Below are positions 1 through 8,466 of a DNA stretch of 64,000 nt, piece by piece. This DNA comes from a bacterium (lineage in GTDB: Bacteria > Bacillota > Clostridia > Lachnospirales > Lachnospiraceae), in the NCBI GenBank assembly GCA_963618065.1, contig CAVERH010000011.1, positions 1,315 through 65,314 on the forward strand, written 5' to 3'. Positions within the stretch are counted from its first letter, which is position 1, and each line of letters opens with the position of its first letter. Position numbers and translations under genes: made by a program. The notes below the pieces were generated by a model. That model was not told the DNA's origin. It saw only the letters and a program-made list of their open reading frames with translations, and made no database searches.

Positions 1-1
1 A

Positions 2-1270
2 CTGCAGGGAGAACTGAACAAGGAATATGAAGAGGCTAAGGCTAAGGGGCTGAAGCTGAATATGGCTAGAGGCCTTCCCAGTGCAGAGCAGCTTGATATG
101 GAGGCTGACTTTTTTAATACCCTTTCCCCGGAATCTGATTTCAAATCAGAAGCAGGGATCGATTGCAGAAACTATGGTGAACTGGTGGGTATTCATGAGG
201 CCAGACAGTTAATGGCGGATATGATGGAAATTTCTCCGGAAGAAGTCATCGTATTTGGAAATTCAAGTCTGAATGTAATGTATGATACTGTGGCACGTTC
301 CATGATTCTTGGAGTCTGTGGAGCAACGCCCTGGTGTAAATTAGATAAAGTAAAATTCTTATGTCCCGTACCTGGATACGACCGCCATTTTGCGATTACC
401 CAGCAGTTTGGCATTGAAATGATTAATATTCCGATGAGAGCAGATGGGCCGGATATGGATCTTGTGGAACAGTATGTAAACAATGATCCTGCTGTCAAGG
501 GAATCTGGTGTGTACCGAAGTATTCCAATCCGCAGGGCATTACTTATTCGGATGAAGTCGTAAAGCGTTTCGCTGCATTGAAGCCGGCAGCAGAGGATTT
601 CCGTATCTTCTGGGATAATGCCTATACCATCCATCATCTGTATGATGACAAGCAGGATCAGTTATTGGAGATTCTGGACGAATGTAAGAAAGCAGGCAAC
701 CCGGATATGGTATACAAGTTCTGTTCTACCTCCAAGGTAACCTTCCCGGGAAGCGGTATTGCAGCCCTTGGCGCTTCAGAAAAGAATCTGGACTATATTA
801 AGAGCGTAATTACCATTCAGACCATCGGACATGATAAGTTAAACCAGCTTCGTCATGTACGTTACTTTAAGAATATGGAAGGTATGAAGGAGCATATGAG
901 AAAGCATGCGGCCATCATCCGTCCGAAGTTTGAATATCTGATCGGGGCACTGGATGAACAGCTGGGAGGTCTCGAAATCGGCGAATGGACAAGACCCATT
1001 GGGGGATATTTTGTATCCTTTGACTCATTGGATGGCTGTGCAAAGGAGATCGTTGCAAAATGTAAGGAAGCAGGAGTTGTACTTACCGGTGCTGGTTCTG
1101 CTTATCCCTATAAGAAGGATCCGGATGACAAGAATATCCGTCTGGCACCGACCTTCCCTCCGTTAGAGGATTTAAAGAAAGCAGCAGAGGTGTTTATTCT
1201 CTGTGTGAAGCTTGTCAGTGTAAATAAGCTTTTAACTCAGTCGGAGAAATCCCCCTCCTCTAAGCAATAG
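2..1270 (+). CDS. PLP-dependent aminotransferase (class I/II fold), 5' end cut by the window edge
   Basis: ORF 62..1270 stays open in the same frame back to nt 2 (LQGELNKEYEEAKAKGLKLN then MARGLPSAEQLD...), so the true start lies upstream of the window. The family call rests on the sequence resembling aminotransferases of about 400-430 aa (memory, no search). Confidence 0.75.
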   Translation: MQGELNKEYEEAKAKGLKLNMARGLPSAEQLDMEADFFNTLSPESDFKSEAGIDCRNYGELVGIHEARQLMADMMEISPEEVIVFGNSSLNVMYDTVARSMILGVCGATPWCKLDKVKFLCPVPGYDRHFAITQQFGIEMINIPMRADGPDMDLVEQYVNNDPAVKGIWCVPKYSNPQGITYSDEVVKRFAALKPAAEDFRIFWDNAYTIHHLYDDKQDQLLEILDECKKAGNPDMVYKFCSTSKVTFPGSGIAALGASEKNLDYIKSVITIQTIGHDKLNQLRHVRYFKNMEGMKEHMRKHAAIIRPKFEYLIGALDEQLGGLEIGEWTRPIGGYFVSFDSLDGCAKEIVAKCKEAGVVLTGAGSAYPYKKDPDDKNIRLAPTFPPLEDLKKAAEVFILCVKLVSVNKLLTQSEKSPSSKQ

Positions 1271-1296
1271 CGAAGGTGGGGGTTATAACAAGCTAT

Positions 1297-1420
1297 ACTC
1301 AGTCGGGGTACAAGCTCCGACTGAGTTAAACGCTCCGCGAGGATGCGCACGGATTCGAAGAGGTAGATGTCTGCCAAGGCAGACTCGAATCCGGCGCGCA
1401 AGACTCGCAAGCGAGTCTTG
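1297..1420. repeat. Cluster of three GC-rich hairpins in the aminotransferase/NUDIX spacer
   Basis: Read directly. The first stem is ACTCAGTCGG/CCGACTGAGT (1297-1326). The second is a nested stem CGGATTCGA/TCGAATCCG enclosing GTCTGCC-AA-GGCAGAC (about 1344-1399). The third is CAAGACTCGC-AA-GCGAGTCTTG (1399-1420). None is followed by a T-tract. Confidence 0.5.
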
Positions 1421-1477
1421 ACACGAAAAAGAAGCATAAAACATAAATAGAATCAATCGTATAGGCAGGAGTTTATT

Positions 1478-2026
1478 ATGGAAGAAATCAAACGGATCTC
1501 CAGAGATCTGGTAGCACATGGAGCGATTATTGATTATTATCAGGACACAATGCAGATTCCGAACGGGCATATTGCCAGGTGGGACTTTATCAAGCATAAA
1601 GGGGCCGCTGCGGTAGTGCCTGTGGACGATCAGGGACGGATTATCATGGTTCGTCAGTACCGGAATGCATTGGAGCGTTATACGCTGGAAATCCCGGCAG
1701 GCGGTCTGCAGACAGCGCAAGAGCCGACAAGGGATGCGGCAGCGCGGGAGCTGCAGGAGGAGACCGGATATCATTCCGATGACCTCAAACTGCTGCTTTC
1801 CATTTATACGACCGTGGCGTTCTGTAATGAAAAGATCGATATTTATCTGGCTAAGAATTTAAAGCCGGGGAAACAGCATCTGGACGAGGATGAGTATGTG
1901 CAGTATGAAGCTTATACAGTAGAAGAGCTGCTGGATAAGGTCTTTCGGTGCGAGATTCAGGACTCGAAGACGGTGGCTGCCATTCTGGCCTATAACGAAT
2001 ACCGGAGAAAACAGGAACACAATTAA
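1478..2026 (+). CDS. NUDIX hydrolase (ADP-ribose pyrophosphatase-like)
   Basis: A Nudix box is visible (GGLQTAQEPTRDAAARELQEETGY). RBS AGGAG lies upstream of the ATG, and the 182-aa size is typical of NudF-like enzymes. Confidence 0.85.
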   Translation: MEEIKRISRDLVAHGAIIDYYQDTMQIPNGHIARWDFIKHKGAAAVVPVDDQGRIIMVRQYRNALERYTLEIPAGGLQTAQEPTRDAAARELQEETGYHSDDLKLLLSIYTTVAFCNEKIDIYLAKNLKPGKQHLDEDEYVQYEAYTVEELLDKVFRCEIQDSKTVAAILAYNEYRRKQEHN

Positions 2027-2243
2027 CAACATGACAACTTAACGCATACCACCTCTTGCCCTTTCATATACATGGAAGGACAAGGATTACTGTTCATACA
2101 GCAGCCAGACATTTGCTGTCAGGCTGCGTAAGAACATGAATCAGGAGTAAGCAGGCTCCTTTTGCGAAGCAAAACTTTAAATGAGTCTGCGAATCGTTAC
2201 TGGAATGAGGTACGAGTGAACAGTAACGGACAAGGAGGATGGT

Positions 2244-2768
2244 ATGCGTAAATATCGGCTTTTATTTATTGGATCCTTACTTTTGGGAATCATGGTGATC
2301 GTGCTTACGGGAAACCGCTTTTTGTTCGAGGATGGACTTCTTGGTTCAGAAACCATCGAGCGGCTGCGCAGCATGGACATTCAGGGTTCTCATTTTTTTA
2401 TGTATCTTCTGGTACGTCATCTGGCGGTTGCTGGTGTCCTGCTTCTTTTGTCCAATACGAGGTATGGATGTTTTGCGGTGAAATGCTTTATTCTTTGGCA
2501 GGGAGCGTTGTTTGGCATGTACGCAGCGGCGGCCTGCATGCAGTATCAGCTCCGGGGTGCCTTATTTGTCCTGGGAAGCCTGTTTCCGCATCAGTTCGTG
2601 CTGATTCCGTCCTATGTGCTGCTGATCTACTGGTGCCTGAATGAGCAGTATATCCGGAGGAGAAAACCGTGGCTCCTTCTGTGGATTTTTACCGGGATGG
2701 CACTGGGATGTCTGCTCGAAAGTTATGTAAACCCAATTTTGATAAAAGATATTTTACAATTATTTTAA
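2244..2768 (+). CDS. spoIIM: Stage II sporulation protein M-like membrane protein
   Basis: 174-aa polytopic membrane protein with RBS AGGAGG. Its position between a NUDIX gene and xerD matches the conserved Firmicute spoIIM neighbourhood; sequence resemblance is judged from memory. Confidence 0.6.
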   Translation: MRKYRLLFIGSLLLGIMVIVLTGNRFLFEDGLLGSETIERLRSMDIQGSHFFMYLLVRHLAVAGVLLLLSNTRYGCFAVKCFILWQGALFGMYAAAACMQYQLRGALFVLGSLFPHQFVLIPSYVLLIYWCLNEQYIRRRKPWLLLWIFTGMALGCLLESYVNPILIKDILQLF

Positions 2769-2874
2769 AAGAAATTTTTACAAGATGTAGTATTAACATA
2801 ATTTACCTTTTTCGATATGTGGTATTTTTTATGGTAAACCAGTCAGAAACGCCGTAAAATGGGCAAAAATACAT

Positions 2875-2903
2875 TTGCTTTTCTGAAAAAATATGCTTAT
2901 AAT
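2875..2903 (+). promoter_or_regulatory. Sigma-A type promoter candidate upstream of xerD
   Basis: TTGCTT (2875-2880), a 17-nt spacer, then TATAAT (2898-2903), about 55 nt upstream of the xerD start. Confidence 0.45.
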
Positions 2904-2956
2904 GAGAATCACATGATGTTTATGTAAACGAAATTATTCATCGAGGGGTTACCGTT

Positions 2957-3847
2957 TTGGCAGTTGAAGATCAGATTCAGGCATTCATAGATTATTTACA
3001 TAATGTGAAGCATACCTCTGAGAACACAGAGCTTTCCTATCACCGTGATCTGAACAAGGTGAAGGCATATCTGGAGGAGCAGGGCATTACTGACATTAAG
3101 AAGGTGACGTCCACGACACTCAATTCCTACGTGCTTTATATGGAGAAGAATAAGTTCTCGGCAGCAACCATTTCCAGAAATATTGCTTCCTTAAAGGCAT
3201 TCTATCACTATCTTTATCGTGAGGGTGTGGTAAGCGAGGATGCGGCAGAGCAGCTTCATGCACCGAAGATTGAGAAGAAGATGCCGGAAATTCTTTCTAT
3301 GGATGAGGTGGTACGCCTCTTAGAGCAGCCTTCCGGGGATACGCCGAAGGAGATCCGTGATAAGGCGATGTTAGAGCTTTTGTATGCAACGGGAATCCGT
3401 GTGACGGAGCTGATTACCTTAAAGACCGCAGATGTGAATTTGCAGATGGGATTCATCATCTGTAAGGATGCGAATAAGGAGCGTGTGATTCCTTTTGGCA
3501 ATGCGGCAAAGAGTGCACTCATCCGGTATCTGGAGGGCACGAGAGCGGCGATGATCAGCGATCCGGATTCAGAATACCTGTTTGCCAATTGTTCCGGACA
3601 GCCGATGAGCCGTCAGGGCTTTTGGAAGCTGATTAAGTACTATGCGAAGAAAGCGGGAATCGTAGAGGACATTACCCCACATACCCTGCGGCATTCCTTC
3701 GCAGCACACCTTGTTGAGAATGGGGCGGATCTGCGAAGTGTACAGGAAATGCTGGGACATTCGGATATTTCAACGACACAGATTTATGCACAGATGAATC
3801 ACAGCCGGATCAAAGAGGTTTATGCCAAGGCACACCCGAGACATTAG
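2957..3847 (+). CDS. xerD: Site-specific tyrosine recombinase XerD
   Basis: The N-terminal SAM-like domain is present (IQAFIDYLHNVKHTSENTELSYHRDL). The C-terminal catalytic region shows R..HTLRHSFA..LLGH..TQIY. The start is TTG, 8 nt after GAGGGG. Confidence 0.88.
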   Translation: MAVEDQIQAFIDYLHNVKHTSENTELSYHRDLNKVKAYLEEQGITDIKKVTSTTLNSYVLYMEKNKFSAATISRNIASLKAFYHYLYREGVVSEDAAEQLHAPKIEKKMPEILSMDEVVRLLEQPSGDTPKEIRDKAMLELLYATGIRVTELITLKTADVNLQMGFIICKDANKERVIPFGNAAKSALIRYLEGTRAAMISDPDSEYLFANCSGQPMSRQGFWKLIKYYAKKAGIVEDITPHTLRHSFAAHLVENGADLRSVQEMLGHSDISTTQIYAQMNHSRIKEVYAKAHPRH

Positions 3848-3855
3848 AGCAAATT

Positions 3856-3901
3856 AAAAGGAGTTTTCCACATCGTTATTCGATGTCGGAGAGCTCCTTT
3901 T
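3856..3901. terminator. Bidirectional hairpin between convergent xerD and the DAHP synthase gene
   Basis: AAAAGGAG...CTCCTTTT is the outer stem and ACATCG-TTATT-CGATGT the inner stem. A/T runs on both sides allow it to work in either direction. Confidence 0.6.
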
Positions 3902-3919
3902 CTAATTCCTGAGTAATTT

Positions 3920-4951
3920 TTAGCAACAAGTATCTGCAATGTCATAAATGAGTCTTCTGGAATCTTCCCATCCAAGACAGGGATCGGTAATGGACTTTCC
4001 ATAAACGCCTTCGCCGATCTTCTGACATCCTTCTTCAATATAACTTTCAATCATGACACCTTTTACCAGCTTATGAATATCAGGGCTTAATTTACGGCTG
4101 TGCATAACTTCCTTTACGATACGGATCTGCTGCTCGAATTTCTTGCCGGAGTTATTATGATTGGTGTCAATAATCGTTGCCGGGTTCTTAAGGTCATGAG
4201 CCTGATAAAGGTTCAGTAAGAGATTTAAGTCCTCGTAGTGGTAGTTCGGGGTGCTCTCTCCATGCTTGTTGGTTGCACCGCGAAGAACGGTGTGTGCCAA
4301 TTCATTGCCGTTAGTCTTCACTTCATAGCCACGATAGATGAAAGAGTGGGGATGCTGGGAAGCATATACGGAATTGAGCATAACGGTCAGGTTTCCGCTT
4401 GTCGGGTTCTTCATTCCGGCAGGGGTATCAAATCCGCTTACCACAATACGATGCTGCTGATCCTCTACGGAACGGGCACCGATGGCAACGTAGGAGAGCA
4501 GATCGGAGACATAGCCCCAGTTTTCCGGATAAAGCATTTCATCTGCTGCAGTCAATCCGGATTCTTCCACCGCACGGATGTGCATCTTTCTCATGGCAAT
4601 AAGCCCTGCCAGGAAATCCGGCTTCTGTTCGGGATTGGGTTGATGCACGATTCCCTTGTAGCCTTCGCCTGTGGTACGCGGTTTATTGGTATAAATACGG
4701 GGAATCAGAATCAGACGATCCTTTACGTCCTCGTTGATGCGGGCTAAACGGCTCACATAATCGCATACGGAATCTTCATTGTCTGCAGAACAGGGGCCGA
4801 TGATGACTAAAAATTTATCACTTTCACCGGTGAGCACCTTGTGGATTTCCGCATCCCGTTTCTCCTTCAGTTCGGTGAGATGGGAAGGAAAGGGAAATTC
4901 CTCACGGATTTCATCGGGTGTTGGTAATTTACGAATGTATTCGAATGACAT
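3920..4951 (-). CDS. 3-deoxy-7-phosphoheptulonate (DAHP) synthase, class I-alpha (AroF/G/H-like)
   Basis: Colinear with E. coli AroG-type motifs (LVIIGPCS, KPRTT..GYKG, GARS.E.Q.HR, GKSITD.C.GWE). RBS AAGGAGG. Confidence 0.9.
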   Translation of the reverse strand: MSFEYIRKLPTPDEIREEFPFPSHLTELKEKRDAEIHKVLTGESDKFLVIIGPCSADNEDSVCDYVSRLARINEDVKDRLILIPRIYTNKPRTTGEGYKGIVHQPNPEQKPDFLAGLIAMRKMHIRAVEESGLTAADEMLYPENWGYVSDLLSYVAIGARSVEDQQHRIVVSGFDTPAGMKNPTSGNLTVMLNSVYASQHPHSFIYRGYEVKTNGNELAHTVLRGATNKHGESTPNYHYEDLNLLLNLYQAHDLKNPATIIDTNHNNSGKKFEQQIRIVKEVMHSRKLSPDIHKLVKGVMIESYIEEGCQKIGEGVYGKSITDPCLGWEDSRRLIYDIADTCC

Positions 4952-5092
4952 AAAACTACGCCTCCTTCGTGTAGATACAGAAACTATTCAGAACAAATAC
5001 AGTTGCATTATAACCAGAAAAAGTGTAAAATTGCAAGAGGTTCGTGTTATTATGCAAAAGATTTATCATACAAGAGAAAGGATAATATCGTT

Positions 5093-6352
5093 ATGGCGTT
5101 GAGCAAGAAGCCGGTGACCGGCATGAAGGATATTCTGCCCGAGGAAATGGTGATTCGGGATTATGTAATCGGAGTGATTAAGGAGACCTACGGAAAGTTT
5201 GGCTTTACCTCGATTGAAACTCCCTGTGTGGAGAACATCGAAAACCTGACCAACAAGCAGGGCGGCGAGAACGAAAAGCTGATCTTTAAGATCTTAAAAA
5301 GAGGCGAGAAGTTAAAGCTTGAAACCGCACAGAGTGAGCAGGATCTTGTTGACGGGGGCCTGCGTTATGACTTAACCGTTCCCTTAGTTCGTTATTATTC
5401 CAATCATGCCAACGAACTGCCCAGTCCTTTTAAGGCATTGCAGATGGGAAATGTATGGCGTGCGGATCGCCCGCAGAGAGGCCGCTACCGTCAGTTCATG
5501 CAGTGTGATATTGATATTCTGGGAGAGCCGTCAAACCTTGCTGAAATCGAACTGATTCTGGCAACCACAACGACCCTTGGAAGACTTGGATTCAAGAATT
5601 TCCAGATCCGGATTAACGAAAGAAGAATCTTGAAAGCAATGGCTGCTTACAGCGGTTTTCCGGAGGAATCCTATGACAGTGTATTCATTACCTTAGATAA
5701 GATGGATAAGATCGGACTGGACGGCGTCAAGGAAGAGCTTTTGGAGAACGGCTTTGCCGAAGAAGCCGTGGAACGCTATTTAAGCCTTTTCAAGAATATG
5801 GAAGAGGCAGAAAACGGATTACAGTACCTTGCAGATACCTTAGGCGATTTCTTAGAGGAAGGAGTAAAGCAGAGCCTTTCCGAAATCATTGAAAGTGTAA
5901 CGGCAACGAAGGAAGCAGAGTTTGAAATGGTATTTGATCCGACCCTGGTACGTGGCATGTCTTATTATACCGGAACAATTTTTGAAATTGCCATGCCGGA
6001 ATTCGGCGGAAGCTGCGGCGGCGGTGGAAGATATGACAAGATGGTCGGGAAATTTACCGGAAATGATGTTCCGGCATGTGGATTTTCCATCGGATTTGAA
6101 CGGATCATCCTGCTTTTGATGGAGAGTGGCTTTAAAGTGCCCGGAGCGCCCGAAAGAACCGCTTATTTACTGGAGAAGGGACTTCCCTCCGACCGGCTGT
6201 GCGAAGTCATTGCAAAGGCCCAGGAGGAGCGTAAGAGCGGCAAGCAGATTCTGGTTGTCCGGATGAATAAGAATAAGAAATTCCAGAAGGAACAGCTTGC
6301 GAAGGATGGCTATACAGAGATTAAGGAATTTTATAAAAATCCGATTCAGTAA
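5093..6352 (+). CDS. hisS: Histidine--tRNA ligase
   Basis: Class II aaRS HisS pattern (GMKDILPEE, FRYERPQ-like WRADRPQRGRYRQF, GGGGRYD) plus a C-terminal anticodon-binding domain. The start is moved to the internal ATG at 5093 (MALSKKPVTGMKD); the long ORF from 5003 has no RBS. Confidence 0.85.
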   Translation: MALSKKPVTGMKDILPEEMVIRDYVIGVIKETYGKFGFTSIETPCVENIENLTNKQGGENEKLIFKILKRGEKLKLETAQSEQDLVDGGLRYDLTVPLVRYYSNHANELPSPFKALQMGNVWRADRPQRGRYRQFMQCDIDILGEPSNLAEIELILATTTTLGRLGFKNFQIRINERRILKAMAAYSGFPEESYDSVFITLDKMDKIGLDGVKEELLENGFAEEAVERYLSLFKNMEEAENGLQYLADTLGDFLEEGVKQSLSEIIESVTATKEAEFEMVFDPTLVRGMSYYTGTIFEIAMPEFGGSCGGGGRYDKMVGKFTGNDVPACGFSIGFERIILLLMESGFKVPGAPERTAYLLEKGLPSDRLCEVIAKAQEERKSGKQILVVRMNKNKKFQKEQLAKDGYTEIKEFYKNPIQ

Positions 6353-6361
6353 AGTATTTTG

Positions 6362-6417
6362 ACAACAAAAATCCATTCAGTAAGAGAGGGGTTCTTCACT
6401 GAATGGATTTTTTGTTG
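6362..6417. terminator. Long bidirectional terminator hairpin between hisS and azlD
   Basis: Stem of about 19-20 bp, ACAACAAAAATCCATTCAGT / ACTGAATGGATTTTTTGTTG, with A/T runs on both sides. Confidence 0.75.
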
Positions 6418-6439
6418 CCGTGCATACTCAAAAATGATA

Positions 6440-6754
6440 TTAATGTACCAGAAAGAATTCGATTACAAAAACGACAACACAGCAGATGATGGATACCGGA
6501 AAAAGACCGGCACCGAACAGGGCGGCCACGATACCGGCAACGAGGGCCAGGGTGCCCGCAACAGGGGACTGGGTCGCATCCACGATGGCAGGGAACGTCA
6601 TTACCGCAAGTGTGACATACGGAACATAATAAAGGAACGACTGCAGGAACCGGCTTTTAATCTGTTTACGGATCAGAGTCAGCGGCAGTACACGGATACA
6701 GAAAGAAACAAGTGCCATAATGGCAATGTAAATATAAATATTATGATTCATCAT
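6440..6754 (-). CDS. azlD: Branched-chain amino acid transport protein AzlD
   Basis: 104-aa hydrophobic protein that overlaps the end of the AzlC-like gene, which is the typical azlCD pairing. Confidence 0.8.
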   Translation of the reverse strand: MMNHNIYIYIAIMALVSFCIRVLPLTLIRKQIKSRFLQSFLYYVPYVTLAVMTFPAIVDATQSPVAGTLALVAGIVAALFGAGLFPVSIICCVVVFVIEFFLVH

Positions 6755-7544
6755 CAGGATCCTCCGGATTATTTTTTACAGGGTGAAGCAAAGCAATTAC
6801 CGAAGAAATGACGACCGTAAGCAGGATGGTTTTGCTGCCGCTGCTGATTTTGTAAAAGCATGGAAGCCGGTTAAACAGGTAGCTTGCAAGGAAGCCTGAG
6901 AGGATTGCAACCGTAACCGGTGATTCCCGGTATAATACCGGAAGCTTGTCCTTAAAGGTTTTCTTTATGGAAGTCAAAGAAACCATATTCCTGATCTCAG
7001 CACGGATCGGAGGAATGATAATGGCGATAAACATTCCGTAAAGGGCAACGCTTAAGGCACTGACAACACGTAATGGAAGAATGTTGCCGGCAATGACGCC
7101 AAGGGCTGTGCCGATCGACCATCCGGGGATAGCCATGCACATAGCTCCATAGGTATAAAAGGGATTGATTATTCCGGGACGGGCAATGGTAATTCCAAAC
7201 AGTTCATCGGTGATGTCATAGCCAAGTAGCAGACGGTGTCCAATTCCGGTATTCGGAGAGAAACGCTGACTCAATGCGCAGCTCATAAGCAGGTATCGTG
7301 CATTGGTGACCAGCGTCATAATGGCAACCTCAAAATAGGTTGCATTTGCTGCAATTAAAGTAAAAATTGCATATTCTCCTGCAGATGCATTGGTCAGTAT
7401 GCTTGCAAGAAAGCCCTGAAAGGCATTCAGTCCGGCATTGCGGGCAACGATGCCAAGGGAGAAGGACACGGCGAAGTAGCCAAGTCCGATCGGAAGGCCG
7501 TCACGTATTCCTTCCATAAATACTTTTTTGGCTGTTGTGTTCAT
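6741..7544 (-). CDS. azlC: AzlC family branched-chain amino acid permease component
   Basis: Polytopic membrane protein with an AzlC-like N-terminus (FMEGIRDGLPIGLGYFAVSFSLG). The start is taken at the internal ATG (MNTTAKK) preceded by AAGGAT. Confidence 0.8.
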   Translation of the reverse strand: MNTTAKKVFMEGIRDGLPIGLGYFAVSFSLGIVARNAGLNAFQGFLASILTNASAGEYAIFTLIAANATYFEVAIMTLVTNARYLLMSCALSQRFSPNTGIGHRLLLGYDITDELFGITIARPGIINPFYTYGAMCMAIPGWSIGTALGVIAGNILPLRVVSALSVALYGMFIAIIIPPIRAEIRNMVSLTSIKKTFKDKLPVLYRESPVTVAILSGFLASYLFNRLPCFYKISSGSKTILLTVVISSVIALLHPVKNNPEDPDDES

Positions 7545-7642
7545 GATGTATGTTATCCTTTGCGTATTGATTCCGCTTACTGTTATATCACGGTTTGGAA
7601 GTTTACGCAAAGACTTTCTTTGAAGGACTTAAAGGAGAGAAG

Positions 7643-8212
7643 ATGCAGTACGATCAGTTGATTTCACAGTTAGAAGAATTATTGAAAGAAAAGTCCATGC
7701 AGATTATCGGAATTGATGGCCGGTGCGCAAGCGGGAAGACCACGCTTTCCAATCTGCTTGCCGGGAGGTTTCCGGCACGGATTTTTCATATGGATGATTT
7801 TTATCTTCCGGTAGAACAAAGAGTAGTGGGCTGGGAAAAGACGCCCTGTGCCAATATGGATTTTGAACGGATGATTGAAACAGTACTGAAGCCTGCAGAA
7901 AAGGGTGAGACAGTAGCGTATGAGGCCTATAGCTGCCGGGAAAAGCTGCTGCTGCCTCCGGTAGAGCTTACCTGGCAGCCGTTAACTATAGTGGAAGGAA
8001 GTTATTCCCATTATCCGGAGCTTTTACCGTTTTATGACCTGACCGTATTTCTGACATGCAGCAAGGAAACGCAGAGGAAGCGGCTGATTGAGAGGGAAGG
8101 AGAGCGGTATCCGAATTATGAGCGGCTCTGGATTCCGTTGGAGGAAGGATATTACCGGAAGTATCAGGTAGGGGAGCTGGTGGATTACCGGATTGCGACG
8201 GACGAATCGTAA
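7643..8212 (+). CDS. P-loop nucleoside/uridine-kinase-family protein
   Basis: Walker A motif GIDGRCASGKTTLSNLL. The size and layout are uridine-kinase-like. RBS AAAGGAGAG precedes the ATG at 7643. Confidence 0.6.
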   Translation: MQYDQLISQLEELLKEKSMQIIGIDGRCASGKTTLSNLLAGRFPARIFHMDDFYLPVEQRVVGWEKTPCANMDFERMIETVLKPAEKGETVAYEAYSCREKLLLPPVELTWQPLTIVEGSYSHYPELLPFYDLTVFLTCSKETQRKRLIEREGERYPNYERLWIPLEEGYYRKYQVGELVDYRIATDES

Positions 8213-8224
8213 TTAGATTCCTGC

Positions 8225-8253
8225 TTGCATAGGAGGAAATTCCCATTTATAAT
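8225..8253 (+). promoter_or_regulatory. Sigma-A type promoter candidate for the metF operon
   Basis: TTGCAT (8225-8230), a 17-nt spacer, then TATAAT (8248-8253). Confidence 0.5.
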
Positions 8254-8256
8254 GTA

Positions 8257-8390
8257 ATGAGCCTCAGAGAAAACCAAGCGGCTGCAAAGCAGACATTTGG
8301 TTTTCCGGGCTCATTAACGAACATGCATCTGACGAAGTCAGATAGGGAGTGCGAAGCACGGGCATGTGAGTTGCTGTAAGCAGCAATTTT
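8257..8390 (+). promoter_or_regulatory. Structured 5' leader of metF (candidate riboswitch/attenuator, class unassigned)
   Basis: A long hairpin spans 8257-8314 (ATGAGCC..GGCTCAT enclosing GAAAACCAA/TTGGTTTTC). A three-way junction spans 8321-8367 (ACATGC..GCATGT with two GAA-capped hairpins). TTGCTG-TAAG-CAGCAA-TTTT follows at 8371-8390. Confidence 0.35.
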
Positions 8391-8466
8391 GCAAGTTTGC
8401 AAGTGGAATTCGGAATAGTTACCAGAACATGAAAATTGATAATCACAAACACGAAGAGGTAAAACA

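Noticed and set aside
1369-1399. tRNA T-arm-like TCGAATCC and an SRP-RNA-like GCCAAGGCAGA string
   Set aside because: No cloverleaf can be drawn (the T-stem does not pair and there is no acceptor or anticodon arm), and the SRP domain IV motifs are missing. These are short chance similarities inside the hairpin block.
4952-5092. Expected T-box leaders upstream of hisS, and likewise before glyQS (49820-49837) and alaS (51227-51322)
   Set aside because: The spacers are only about 140, 18 and 96 nt long and lack the T-box sequence and specifier-loop architecture, so I make no T-box call.
8413-8422. 10-nt match (GAATAGTTAC) to the repeat-element terminus in the metF leader
   Set aside because: A 10-nt identity to one of the roughly 14 terminal 10-mers is expected about once by chance in this window, and there is no additional similarity around it.
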